Shown: piece by piece, positions 26,706 through 37,674 of the stretch
Numbering within the stretch: the first letter of the stretch is position 1
Layout: the number at the start of each line of letters is the position of its first letter
Assembly (NCBI RefSeq): GCF_006345805.1
Contig: NC_042997.1
Span: 199,206,001 to 199,270,000, forward strand
Source of the DNA: Octopus sinensis
Taxonomy: Eukaryota
Direction of reading: 5' to 3'
DNA length: 64,000 bases
Made by a program: the position numbers and the translations under genes
Notes under the pieces: model-generated
Databases searched by the model: none
The model's input: only the letters and a program-made list of their open reading frames with translations
Told to the model about the DNA's origin: nothing

Positions 26706-27045
26706 CTCTTACTCTTTTACTTGTTTCAGTCATTTGACTGCAGCCATGCTGGAGCACCGCCTTTAGTCGAGCAAATCGACCCCAGTACTTATTCTATCGG
26801 TCTCTTTTGCCGAACCGCTAAGTGACGGGGACGTAAACACGCCAGCATCGGTTGTCAAGCAATGCTAGGGGGACAAACATAGACACACACACACATACAT
26901 ATATATATATACATACATATATACGACAGGCTTCTTTCAGTTTCTGTCTACCAAATCCACTCACAAGACATTGGTCGGCCCGGGGCTATAGCAGAAGACA
27001 CTTGCCCAAGATACCACGCAGTGGGACTGAACCCGGAACCATGAT
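26706..27045 (-). mobile_element. SINE family B
   Basis: Reverse-complement consensus match. Confidence 0.9.
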
Positions 27046-27374
27046 CATTTTGGGAATACATATATGATTAATGAACACATTTTCACACTAGATATAAAAC
27101 ACAGACAACCTTCCAAAAAAGTTTATCCCACTCACTCTATCCACCTTGATGTACCTCTACATCTCCGTGCCATTCTTACACTTTGTACATTAATCCCACT
27201 ACAGGTATTTCCCATCAACTGCACCTCTACTCTCGTTCATCTCTAACCATCTCTTGTCACTTTCCCCTCACACACATATGAAACCACCCACTCTCTTCTT
27301 CCCCACTCAATCCACTGTCTATATCCTCTCTTTGACTCACCTTTTTGAACCTTGAGATATATGTGAAGGCATAG

Positions 27375-27607
27375 GGTGGTGAGCTGGCAGAAACGTTAGC
27401 ACGCCAGGCAAAATGCTTAGCAGTATTTCGTCTGCCGTTACATTCTGAGTTCAAATTCCGCCAAGGTTGACTTTGCCTTTCATCCTTTCAGGGTCGATTA
27501 AATAAGTACCAGTTACGCACTGGGGTTGATATAATCAACTTAATCCCTTTGTCTGTCCTTGTTTGTCCTCTCTGAGTTTAGCCCCTTGTGGGTAGTAAAG
27601 AAATAGG
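27375..27607 (+). mobile_element. SINE family A
   Basis: GGTGAGCTGGCAGAAACGTTAGC head to GTAGTAAAGAAATAGG tail. Confidence 0.9.
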
Positions 27608-27672
27608 TTTGTCATGGCATCCCTTCACTACCATCTTTATTTTCTTCCCAGCTACTCCCTCCCACCCTTATA

Positions 27673-27907
27673 CAGAATATTCAAAAATTCTCTCCGCAGT
27701 GAATATTTTTCATCCTGTGTACCACCGTGGTGCTACTTCAAGAGTTTTTTGGTGAACGGATTATTTCAAAGGGACTTCGGCCCACCAAGATCACCTGTTT
27801 TAACACCACCAGACCTTTTTTTCTGGAGAGCAAGTAAAGGATCAGTGTACAAGAATTGCCTGAAAACCATTAAATACTTACTGCAGTGAGACTTTTTGAA
27901 CACCTGA
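27673..27907 (+). mobile_element. Internally deleted Tc1/mariner element
   Basis: TA-flanked degenerate TIRs (CAGAATATTCAAAAATTCTC / GAGACTTTTTGAACACCTG); internal PPRSPVLTPPDLFFW matches the transposase WPPRSPDLTPxDFFLW motif. Confidence 0.75.
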
Positions 27908-28848
27908 TATACTGTGAAGGATTGTGGTCAAGTGGTTTGAGTATTTGGCTCAAGATTGAAAGGTCATTTTTAACTGCATTAAAAGTAGTACTCCAGTATG
28001 GCCACACACCAATGACAGAAATCAAAGATAAAAACAACATTAGTTTATATGTAAATATTAACCAAGAGACAATCTGCTTTGCTTCAACAGAAATTTTATA
28101 ATTACCAGCAATGTTAACAGAAATGTGAAATATTCTTATATTCTTCATAATCAGATCAAAGAAATCTAATTTAATTACATGATTGTAAGTTTAATTAAAA
28201 ATGTTTTGAAAGTTAAATGCTAAAATAAAGGTAGAGAAAATTATACACTGTGTTAGAAACATTGACAACATCCCATTCTCAAGCACCAAATTCACTAAAT
28301 TCTTCAAATGTTTTCTGAAGATTAATTTAATTTGACCCATGATAGATATTCTAAATTACAAACTTGAAGACCATTTGAGAAGGCTCCGCCTACTGGAGTC
28401 AACTTCAAATATTAATATAACAAGAAGGATGTAAAGATTAAATATTTTATATCTCTTCTAACTAGTTTTAATTATAAATTCTTTTTAACTACTCAATGTT
28501 TAAGAGACAGCTAAGATAATTGTTAGATTCCTTGTGTCACTAAAAGAGTAATCAATCTGTTTACTTTGGTGAGATTCAGTTTTTATTTCAATATAATTTT
28601 TATTGCTTATATTAAATTTGCTATTTAACCCTTTCGTTACCAACCTGGCTAAAACTGGCTCTGGCTCTGCAGTATAAATGTCTTCTTTCATAAGTTTTGA
28701 ATTAAAATCTTCCACCAAATCTTAGTTACAATTTATGTTCTTAACACTAGCTTAATGATAACTAAGTTATTTTACTAAATTCTTTGTTATATTTAAAATT
28801 AATTGAAAGAAACACAGAGCATCTCAACAGAAATATGGAAATGAAAGG

Positions 28849-30940
28849 CTGGTGCAAAGTCCCCTTAAGACCCAAAATAACATGGTGGTGGAACAATATT
28901 GTTGATAGGGCTATTAGACAAAAGAAACAGGCTTGGAAGGCCTGGAAGAACGGTGGTAGCAGGAAGTGTATCAGACTGCCAGAAGGGAAGCTAGGAGACA
29001 GGTCTATCTAGCCAGAGGGGAAGCAGATAAAAGAAAATTTGCCAATGTCCTGCGCCGTGAGGATGAAAGACTTGAGGTATTTCGTGTTGCAAGACAGTGT
29101 GTGAGAGAGAATCGAGATGTGGTAGGAGAGAAATGTGTTCGCATGGAGGATGGTTCACTTGCGCTAAATGAGGATGCAAAGAGAGAAGCTTAGAGACGCC
29201 ACTATGAAAGGTTGCTGAATGAGGAAAATGAATGGGATAAAGAGAGTCTGCCGAATGTTGACCCAACAGAGGGACCAGCTATCCGAGTTGATAGTTCCGT
29301 GGTAGCTAAGGCAATTAGAAGCATGAAGACAGGGAAAGCCCCAGGCCCATCAGGAATTACTGCAGAGATGCTCAAAATATCTGGTAGTGTCGGCTATAGC
29401 ATAGTCACCCGTATAGTTAACCAGGTGATACACGAATGAGTCATACCCAATGACTGGTGTAGCAGCATAATAGTCAACTGCTACAAAGGTAAAAGCGATG
29501 CCCTAGATACAAATAACTACAGGGGCATCAAGCTGTTGGATCAGGTAATGAAGGTTACGGAGAGGGTTATAGCCCAGTTAATTAGAGAGAGAGTTAGCTT
29601 AGATGATATGCAGTTTGGGTTCGTGCCAGGGAAAAGTACTACTGATGCTATATTCCTGGTAAGACAGCTGCAGGAGAAATACCTAGCCAAAGGTAAGCCC
29701 TTGTACCTGGCTTTTGTTGACTTAGAGAAAGCCTTTGACAGGGTCCCCCGATCCCTTATCTGGTGGTCAATGAGGAAACTAGGGATAGATGAATGGTTAG
29801 TGAGAGCTGTGCGAGCCATGTACAGAGACGCAGCTAGTAAGGTGAGGGTTGGCAACGAGTATAGTGAAGAATTCCGGGTAGAGGTTGAGGTCCACCAAGG
29901 TTCAGTCCTCAGCCCCCTCCTATTTATCATAGTCCTCCAGGCAATAACGGAAGAATTTAAGACAGGATGCCCCTGGGAGCTCCTATATGCTGATGACCTT
30001 GCTCTAATTGCTGAGTCACTATCAGAACTGGAGGAGAAGTTTCAGGTGTGGAAACAAGGATTAGAATCGAAGGGCCTTAGAATCAACCTAGCCAAAACCA
30101 AAGTCCTAATAAGTAGGAAGGTGGACCAACCACAAACGACTTCAGGTAGATGGCCCTGCTCGATCTGTAAAAAGGTGTAGGTAGAGAAACTCTATAAGGT
30201 GCACCAAGTGTAAGCTATGGACACATAAGAGGTGCAGCAATGTCAAAGGAAGGCTAACTAAGAAAATAGTTTTTGTCTGTGGCAGATGCTCAGGAGAAAT
30301 AAACACTGGAAATGTGCAGAGACCAACTTCTACCACGTTCCAGGGAGACAAACTAGAAGTAGTTGATAGCTTCCGCTACCTAGGAGACCAAGTCAGTAGC
30401 GGGGGTGGGTGTGCTGAAAGTGTAACTGCTAGAGTAAGAATAGCCTGGGCAAAGTTTAGAGAGCTCTTACCCCTGCTGGTGACAAAAGGCCTCTCGCTAA
30501 GAGTAAAAGGCAGACTATATGATGCGTGTGTACGTACAGCCATGCTACATGGTAGTGAAACATGGGCCGTGACAGCTGAGGATATGCGTAAGCTTGCAAG
30601 AAATGAAGCCAGTATGCTCCGATGGATGTGTAATGTCAGTGTTCATAATCGTCAGAGTGTAAGTACTTTGAGAGAAAAGTTGAACCTAAGAAGTGTCAGT
30701 TGTGGTGTGCAAGAGAGACGGCTGCGCTGGTATGGTCATGTGACGAGAATGGCTGAAGATAGTTGTGTGCAAAAGTGCTACACCCTAGCAGTTGAGGGAA
30801 CCTGTGGAAGAGGTAGACCCAGGAAAACCTGGGATGAGGTGGTGAAGCACGACCTTCGAACTTTAGGTCTCACCAAGGAAATGACTGAAGACCGAGTCCT
30901 ATGGAAGTGTGCTGTGCATGAGAGGACCCGGCAGGACTAG
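28849..30940 (+). pseudogene. RTE-type reverse transcriptase with embedded PHD finger, disabled
   Basis: Motifs GKAPGPSGI, NYRGIKLL, FVDLEKAFDRVP, HQGSVLSPLLF, YADD (29986-29997), FRYLG, RRLRWYGHV, GRGRPRKTW. In-frame stops at 29191-29193 and 29437-29439; frameshifts near 28965 and 30170-30188. No endonuclease domain in the part present. Confidence 0.93.
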
Positions 30941-33283
30941 TCAGGCCATATCCCGTGCCCCTACTTGGGACGTAGTCGATCCACCTGTGCATACCTTCTT
31001 CCTTTGTGATACTTGTGAAGACCTGCTGAGGCAAGTGAAAATCAATCAAAATAGATGAACATCAATGGAATTTGTATCTTTGTGGTACCAGTGCCTGTGG
31101 CACACCAAGAAAACCATCCGAATGTGGCCGTAGCCAGTACCGCATCGACTGGCCTCCGTGCTGTGGGAACATGGTGGCACATAAAAACACCATCCGAAGA
31201 CCCGCAAGACTAGTCAGGTCATAACCCGTGGGCCTACCTGGGACGTAGTCAGTCCACCTACATACCTTCCTTCTTGTGACACTTGTGAAGACCTGCTGAG
31301 GCAAGTGAAAATCAAAATCAAATCAAAACAAATCAAAATAGATGAACATCAATGGAATTTGTATCCTTGTGGTACCAGTGCCGGTGGCACACAAGAATCC
31401 ATCCGAACGTGGCCGTAGTCAGTACCGCTTGTGGTACCAGTGCTGGTGGCACAAGAATCCATCCGAACGTGGCCGTAGTCAGTACCGCATCACTCGCCAT
31501 TGTGCTGTGGGCACATAACAAACACCATCCGGTCGTGGCCGTTCGCCAGCCTCATCTAGCACCTGTGTCGGTGGCACATAAAAAGTAGTCAGTACCGCTT
31601 GTGGTACCAGTGCGGTGGCACACAAGAATCCATCCGAACATGGCCGTAGTCAGTACCGCATCACTGGCCATCGTGCTGTGGGCACATAACAAACACCATC
31701 CGGTCGTGGCCGTTCGACAGCCTCATCTAGCACCTGTGTCGGTGGCACATAAAAACACCTTCCGAAGACCCGGCAAGACTAGTCAGGCCATAAACCATGG
31801 CCCCTACCTGGGACGTAGTCAGTCCACCTGTGCATACCTTCCTCCTTGTGATACTTGTGAAGGCCTGTTGAGGCAAGTGAAAATCAAATCAAAATCAAAA
31901 TCAAAATCAAAACAAATCAAAATAGATGAACATCAATGGAATTTGTATCTTTGTGGTACCAGTGCCGGTGGCACACAAGAGAAAACCATCCGAAAGTGGC
32001 CGTAGCCAGTACCGCATCGACTGGCCTCCGTGCTGTGGGCACATGACAAACACCATCCGATTGTGGCCGTTCGCCAGCCTCATCTAGCACCTGTGTCGGT
32101 GGCACATAAAAACACCATCCGAAGACCCGGCAAGACTAGTCAGGCCATAACCCATGGCCCCTACCTGGGACGTAGTCAGTCCACCTGTGCATACCTTCCT
32201 TCTTGTGACACTTGTGAAGACCTGTTGAGGCAAGTGAAAATCAAATCAAAACAAATCAAAATAGATGAACATCAATGGAATCTGTATCTTTGTGGTACCA
32301 GTGCAGGTGGCACACACTTTGTGGTACCAGTGCCGGTGGCACACAAGAGAACCATCCGAACGTGGCCGTAGCCAGTTCCGCATCGACCGGCCTCCGTGCT
32401 GTGGCACGTAACAAACACCATCCGATCATGGCCGTTCGCCAGCCTCATCTGGCACCTGTGTCGGTGGCACATAAAAACACCTTCCTTCCGAAGACCCGGC
32501 AAGACTAGTCAGTCCACCTGTGCATACCTTCCTTCTTGTGACACTTGTGAAGACCGGTTGAGGCAAGTGAAAATCAAAATCAAAATCAAAATAGACAAAA
32601 TAGATGAACATCAATGGAATTTGTATCTTGTGGTACCAGTGCCTGTGGCACACAAGAAATCCATCAGTGCCGTAGTCAGTGCGGTGGGCACATGACAAAC
32701 ACCATCCGATCGTGCCGTTCGCCAGCCTCATCTAGCACCTGTGTCGGTGGCACATAAAAACACCATCCGAAGACCCGGCAAGACTAGTCAGCCATAACCC
32801 ATGGCCCCTACCTGGGACGTAGTCAGTCCACCTGTGCATACCTTCCTTCTTGTGACACTTGTGAAGACCTGTTGAGACAAGTGAAAATCAAAACAAATCA
32901 AAATAGATGAACATCAATGGAATTTGTATCTTTGTGGTACCAGTTCCGGTGGCACGTGCCACATAAGAAAACCATCCGAACGTGGCCGTAGCCAGTACCG
33001 CATCGACTGGCCTCCGTGCTGTGGCACGTAACAAGCACCATCCGATCGTGGCCGTTTGCCAGCCTCATCTGGCACCTGTGTCGGTGGCACATAAAAACAC
33101 CATCCGAGCGTGGCCGTCTGCCAGCCTCGTCTGGCACCTGTGTCGGTGGCACATAAAACACACCATCCGAGCGTGGCCGTCTGCCAGCCTCGTCTGGCAC
33201 CTGTGTCGGTGGCACATAAAAAACACCATCCAAGTGTGGCCGTTTGCCAGCCTCGTCTGGCACCTGTGTCGGTGGCACATAAA
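30922..33283 (+). repeat. Two-level tandem array in the RTE 3' UTR (6 higher-order units built from ~60-nt hairpin modules)
   Basis: Units begin at ~30922, 31196, 31764, 32121, 32490 and 32769 with GAAGACCCGGCAAGACTAGTC; about 22 CCATCCGA-type module starts counted by eye. Confidence 0.92.
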
Positions 33284-34429
33284 TCACCCACTACACTCTC
33301 GAAGTGGTTGGCGTTAGGAAGGGCATCCAGCTGTAGAAACACTGCCAGATCTGACTGGACTGGTGCAGCTTTCGGGCTCCCCAGACCCCAGTTGAACCGT
33401 CCAACCCATGCTAGCATGGAAAGCGGACGTTAAATGATGATGATGATGATGATGAAAGGGTTAAGTAAACCCTTTCGTTATCAACATGGCTAAAACCTAG
33501 GAAATACAATCTTAATTCAGCTGAGATACATAATCACTGAATGCACACAATGAGAAAAGGTAGCTGGTGCTATGTCTATATCATCATCCATCATCATCAT
33601 TTAACATCCATTGTCCATGCTGGATTGAGTTGGATGGTTTGACCAGGGCTGGCATGCTGGAAGGCTGCGCCAGACTCCAGTATGATTTTAAATGGTTTTC
33701 TATGGCTGGATGCCCTTCCTAATGCCAACCACTCTGAGAGTGTAATGGGTGTTTTTATGTGCCGCTGACATCAGTGCCATTTGCGTGACACAGGGTACAT
33801 CATCATCGTTTAACATCTGCTTTCCATGCTAACATGGATTGGATGATTGACTGAGGGCTGGCGAACCGGATGGCTGCACGAGGCTCCAAACTTGATCTGG
33901 CAAAGTTTCTACAGCTGGTTGTCCTTCCAAACACCAACCAATCCGAGAGTGTAGTGGGTGCTTTTACGTGCTACCAACACAGGAGCTAGTCGGGCGATAC
34001 TGGCAACGAATTGCCTATACCCCCATAAACAAAACTTACTGTGTGATGAGTGGAAGTCGAGGAAAAACAAGGCTGATCTCAGCAGGAATGTCTGGTAGCA
34101 GGATACCATCTCAAGAACTCTTTCCTAATCCATAACAGCGTGGACAAAAAAAGGACATAAAAATAATGTTGATTATAATGTGTGTGTGTTGTGTGTAAAC
34201 GCGCACACATTATCATCGACACGTATATAGTGAGATGCTAGGGACAATCAGAGATAGAAGGATCACGCCAATATGACAAACTGATAAATAAAAGATGAGA
34301 CTAATAGACTGGAAAATTTAAAGTTGTCACAGCAATAACTCATATATCAGAAAAATAGATAATTACATCAACTCATGAGCTTTATCAGAAGAGCTGTGTG
34401 GTTTTCTTTTAGATAGATATATAATAACA

Positions 34430-34443
34430 CATGTATGCATATA

Positions 34444-34482
<39 letters not shown>

Positions 34483-34517
34483 GTGTGTGTGTGTATATAT
34501 ATATGTGTGTGTGTGTG

Positions 34518-34560
<43 letters not shown>

Positions 34561-34701
34561 GTGTGTGTGTATATATATATATATGTATGTGTGTGTATAT
34601 ATATATGAATGTATGTGTGTGTGTGTGTATGTATATATATATATGAATGTGTGTGTGTATATATATATGTATGTGTGTGTATGTATATATATATGAATGT
34701 A

Positions 34702-34732
<31 letters not shown>

Positions 34733-34830
34733 GTATGTATGTGTATGTATATATATATGAATGTGTGTGTGTGTATATATATGTATGTATGTGTGTATAT
34801 ATATATATATGTATGTGTGGTGTGTGTATA
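34430..34830. repeat. Compound (TG)n/(TA)n microsatellite
   Basis: Direct reading. Confidence 0.95.
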
Positions 34831-34837
34831 TCTATTC

Positions 34838-35222
34838 TTTTCTTTTATTCTTTTACTTGTTTCAGTCATTTGACTGCGGCCATGCTGGAGCACCGCCTTT
34901 AGTCGAGCAAATCGACCCCGGGACTTATTCTTTGTAAGCCCAGTACTTATTCTATCGGTCTCTTTTGCCGAACCAGCATCGGTTGTCAAGCAATGCTAGA
35001 GGGACAAACACAGACACACAAACAGATACACACACATACATATATATATACATATATACGACGGGCTTCTTTCAGTTTCCGTCTACCAAATCCACTCACA
35101 AGGCATTGGTCAGCTAGGGGATATAGCAGAAGACACTTGCCCAAGACGCCACGCAGTGGGACTGAACCCGGAACCATGTGGTTGGTTAGCAAGCTACTTA
35201 CCACACAGCCACTCCTGTGCCT
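34838..35222 (-). mobile_element. SINE family B
   Basis: Reverse-complement consensus match. Confidence 0.9.
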
Positions 35223-35305
35223 ATATATATATATATATGTATATAAAACATTATTGGTGAATTGAAGAAATGGAGCTGAACGCAGATTGAACAGAAATCG
35301 TTTTA

Positions 35306-35395
35306 TTTCATTCTACACGTGTTTCGAAAGGCACAAATTACCAAAATCCGATTGAATAATGGGACCATATTGTGTCTTTCTCTTCAGGAAGAAAA
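35306..35395 (-). ncRNA. Mirror-image type I hammerhead ribozyme (left arm)
   Basis: Exact reverse complement of 35571-35660; core at 35387-35381; predicted cut between 35314 and 35313. Confidence 0.8.
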
Positions 35396-35570
35396 AAGGA
35401 AATCCGTTGGAAAAACAAAAACAGAACAGAGGCGGAGCAAAAAAACAAATCGAACTGTGCTCCTAAGAGCCCATGGCGAAACTCGTTTCGCCATGGGCTC
35501 TTAGGAGCACAGTTCGATTTGTTTTTTGCTCCGCCTCTGTTCTGTTTTTGTTTTTCCAACGGATTTCCTT

Positions 35571-35660
35571 TTTTCTTCCTGAAGAGAAAGACACAATATG
35601 GTCCCATTATTCAATCGGATTTTGGTAATTTGTGCCTTTCGAAACACGTGTAGAATGAAA
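35571..35660 (+). ncRNA. Type I hammerhead ribozyme
   Basis: CTGAAGA 35579-35585; stem II GAAAGACACAA/TTGTGCCTTTC (10 of 11 bp); GAAA 35641-35644; palindromic stem III ACACGTGT; predicted cleavage after GUA (35652); stem I TTTCTTC/GAA(T)GAAA. Confidence 0.8.
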
Positions 35661-35880
35661 TAAAACGATTTCTGTTCAATCTGCGTTCAGCTCCATTTCT
35701 TCAATTCACCAATAATGTTTTAATTTCAATTATCCGCACCAACGCACGGTTGCAACGCCAGATGGTTGTACCTCCAACCGTGCTGTTTACTGCTGTGATT
35801 TTTGCTACTAAGGTATCGGTTAAACTTTTGATTAATCTACTACAAGATTATTCATCTTTCTATTTCACATAATATATATG

Positions 35881-35912
<32 letters not shown>

Positions 35913-36619
35913 TAAATAAATAAAAGAATACAAAAAGTGGGACAAGCTTAGATTTTCCTTGGGGCTGGCCAGATTCGAGCAGTCGAAACTGCAAATCTAA
36001 TCTGGAACTCGCCTGACGAAATAAAACTCTGAATGACCTGCCCTTGCTTTTTCTTGTCTCGTTTTTGTATCATCACTCTGGATGTTTTGCGTTCTTCTCC
36101 TATTATTTGTATTCTTTTTTATATACATATAGTGGTGCACGTACACTTTGGTCTCTTACATGTGAGTATATATATATATATATATATATCATCATCATCA
36201 TCGTTTAACGTCCGTTTTCCGTGCTAGCACAAGTTGGACGGTTCAAGTGGGGTCTGGGAAGCCAGGGGGTGCACCAGGTTCCAGTCTGATCTGGTAGTGT
36301 TTTCCTAATATCTGTGGTGCTTATGGCCCTTGTGCATCTGCCGCTTTGATTTTTCAGCAAAGTTTTTTTCTCTGATGGAATTACTTATAAGAAAATGTCA
36401 TTGTTGTTTAGACTGCTCAAACAGGTCAATCCTAGTTGAGCATGTAGGTTTATAACCAAAGACTTTCTAGTCATCCTGATTCCAGCTTATTATTTATCCT
36501 ATATTCCATTACCCAAGATGGTCATTTCTTAAAAAAACGTGGTAGGGAAAAGATTTGAGGGTAATTTGGCTGCTATTTCTAACAGGTGAGCAAGAAAAAA
36601 AAATTAAAATTGCACTCCA

Positions 36620-36910
36620 TTTGTTGCAATGACAAGGGTTCCTGTTGATCCAATTGATGGAACAGCCTGCTTCTGAAGTGACTCAGCACCTCACAGACAT
36701 GTGAATCCTTGATGTAGGATCAGTGAGATACAAAATATGATAAAGCTGGGCGTTTGAAATACAAGTACTACTCATTTTTGCCAGTTGAGTGGAATAGTGC
36801 AATGTGAAATAAAGTGTCTTGCTGAAGGGTTCAATGCACTACTGGGAATTGAACTCACAGCCTTATGATTGTGAGCCAAATGTCCTACCCACTAAATCAC
36901 ACACCTTCAC
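36620..36910 (-). mobile_element. tRNA-like SINE family D
   Basis: TTTTTGCCAGTTGAGTGGA...AAGTGTCTTGCT...GAATTGAACTCAC block; related copies at 37675-37960 and 60770-60960. Confidence 0.75.
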
Positions 36911-37295
36911 CAGGTGAGTAATTAACTTTGTAGAAGCTTCATTAGTGCCTCAAATTAGAACATGCAAAATCATTAGTGAGGTATTTGAAATGGATACTTT
37001 TCTTCTTGAATGATGAATAATTTAATCTTACACAATAACAGGCTTGCACCAGTTGATGTATTCTGTTTACAGTTTTATATCCATCTTTTATGTGTTGACA
37101 AGGCAGCGTATGTATAACATAGCATTTGAAATGTTTGAATGACTGCTGTTACGGTCAATTGTCTTTATTAATGTTAATCGTTCAACTGCGAAAATAGGAA
37201 CATTTGACAGATTAAGGCCATCAGTGTAAAGTAAAAATGGAATGGTCATAGGGATATGGTGTTGGATTACCAACTCGTAGATAATAAATAATAAT

Positions 37296-37516
37296 AAGGC
37301 GGCAGGCTGGTAGAACCGTTAGCACGCCGGGCGAAATGCGTAACCGTATTTCGTCTGCAGTTACGTTCTGAGTTCAAATTCCGCCGAGGTCGACTTTGCC
37401 TTTCATCCTTTCGGGGTCGATAAATTAAGTACCAGTTACGCACTGGGGTCGATATAATTGACTTAATCCATTTGTCTGCCCTCTCTATGTTTAGCCCCTT
37501 GTGGGTAATAAAGAAA
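37296..37516 (+). mobile_element. SINE family A
   Basis: Near-consensus copy. Confidence 0.9.
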
Positions 37517-37674
37517 CAGATAATAAATAATAATGATTATGAATGCATTGTATACGGTACACAGGTGCCCCACGATCTTGAGTTCAACTCCATTACTGGT
37601 TTTTTTATTGTGTAACTGAATAGTAAATTTGATTCAGCATATTACTGTTCGTCCTCAAAGTAAGTGGTTAGGAA

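Larger units (their letters stand above)
28849..33451 (+). mobile_element. 5'-truncated RTE-clade LINE, 4.6 kb, with expanded 3' UTR and (GAT)n tail
   Basis: RT pseudo-ORF, CCATGCTAGCATGG terminal hairpin, (GAT)n tail, TSD ATGAAAGG at 28841-28848 and 33452-33459. Confidence 0.93.
28629..33460. mobile_element. piggyBac-type MITE (8581 family) split by the RTE insertion
   Basis: TTAA|CCCTTTCGTTACC at 28629; body runs to 28848; the last TIR bases ATGAAAGGG|TTAA resume at 33452-33464. Confidence 0.85.
35244..35870 (+). mobile_element. Penelope-like element pLTR in inverted-duplicate configuration, inserted in (TA)n
   Basis: Arms 35244-35481 and 35486-35722 identical except one A/T-run indel; hammerhead motif; unique extension to ~35870; TA repeats on both sides. 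No PLE ORF present. Confidence 0.7.

Noticed and set aside
31022-31040. Hammerhead-like CTG(C/T)TGA-GGCAAGT-GAAA in each array unit
   Set aside because: Core deviates from CUGANGA, stem II cannot form, and no stem I or III partner is present.
31601-32371. 113-134 aa ORFs across array units (RRPGKTSQ...)
   Set aside because: Not in the RT frame, broken by indels between units, and expected in GC-rich repeats.
30922-33283. CRISPR-like repeat-spacer array next to an RT
   Set aside because: Every inter-repeat segment recurs, so there are no unique spacers; no cas genes; eukaryotic LINE context.
35941-36040. Possible additional hammerhead (GAAA at ~35985, CTGACGA at ~36013)
   Set aside because: The boxes cannot be arranged into a type I, II or III fold with matching stems; at best a decayed pLTR.
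37296-37400. tRNA genes suggested by A/B-box motifs
   Set aside because: They are SINE heads continuous with SINE bodies; I could not fold a full cloverleaf.
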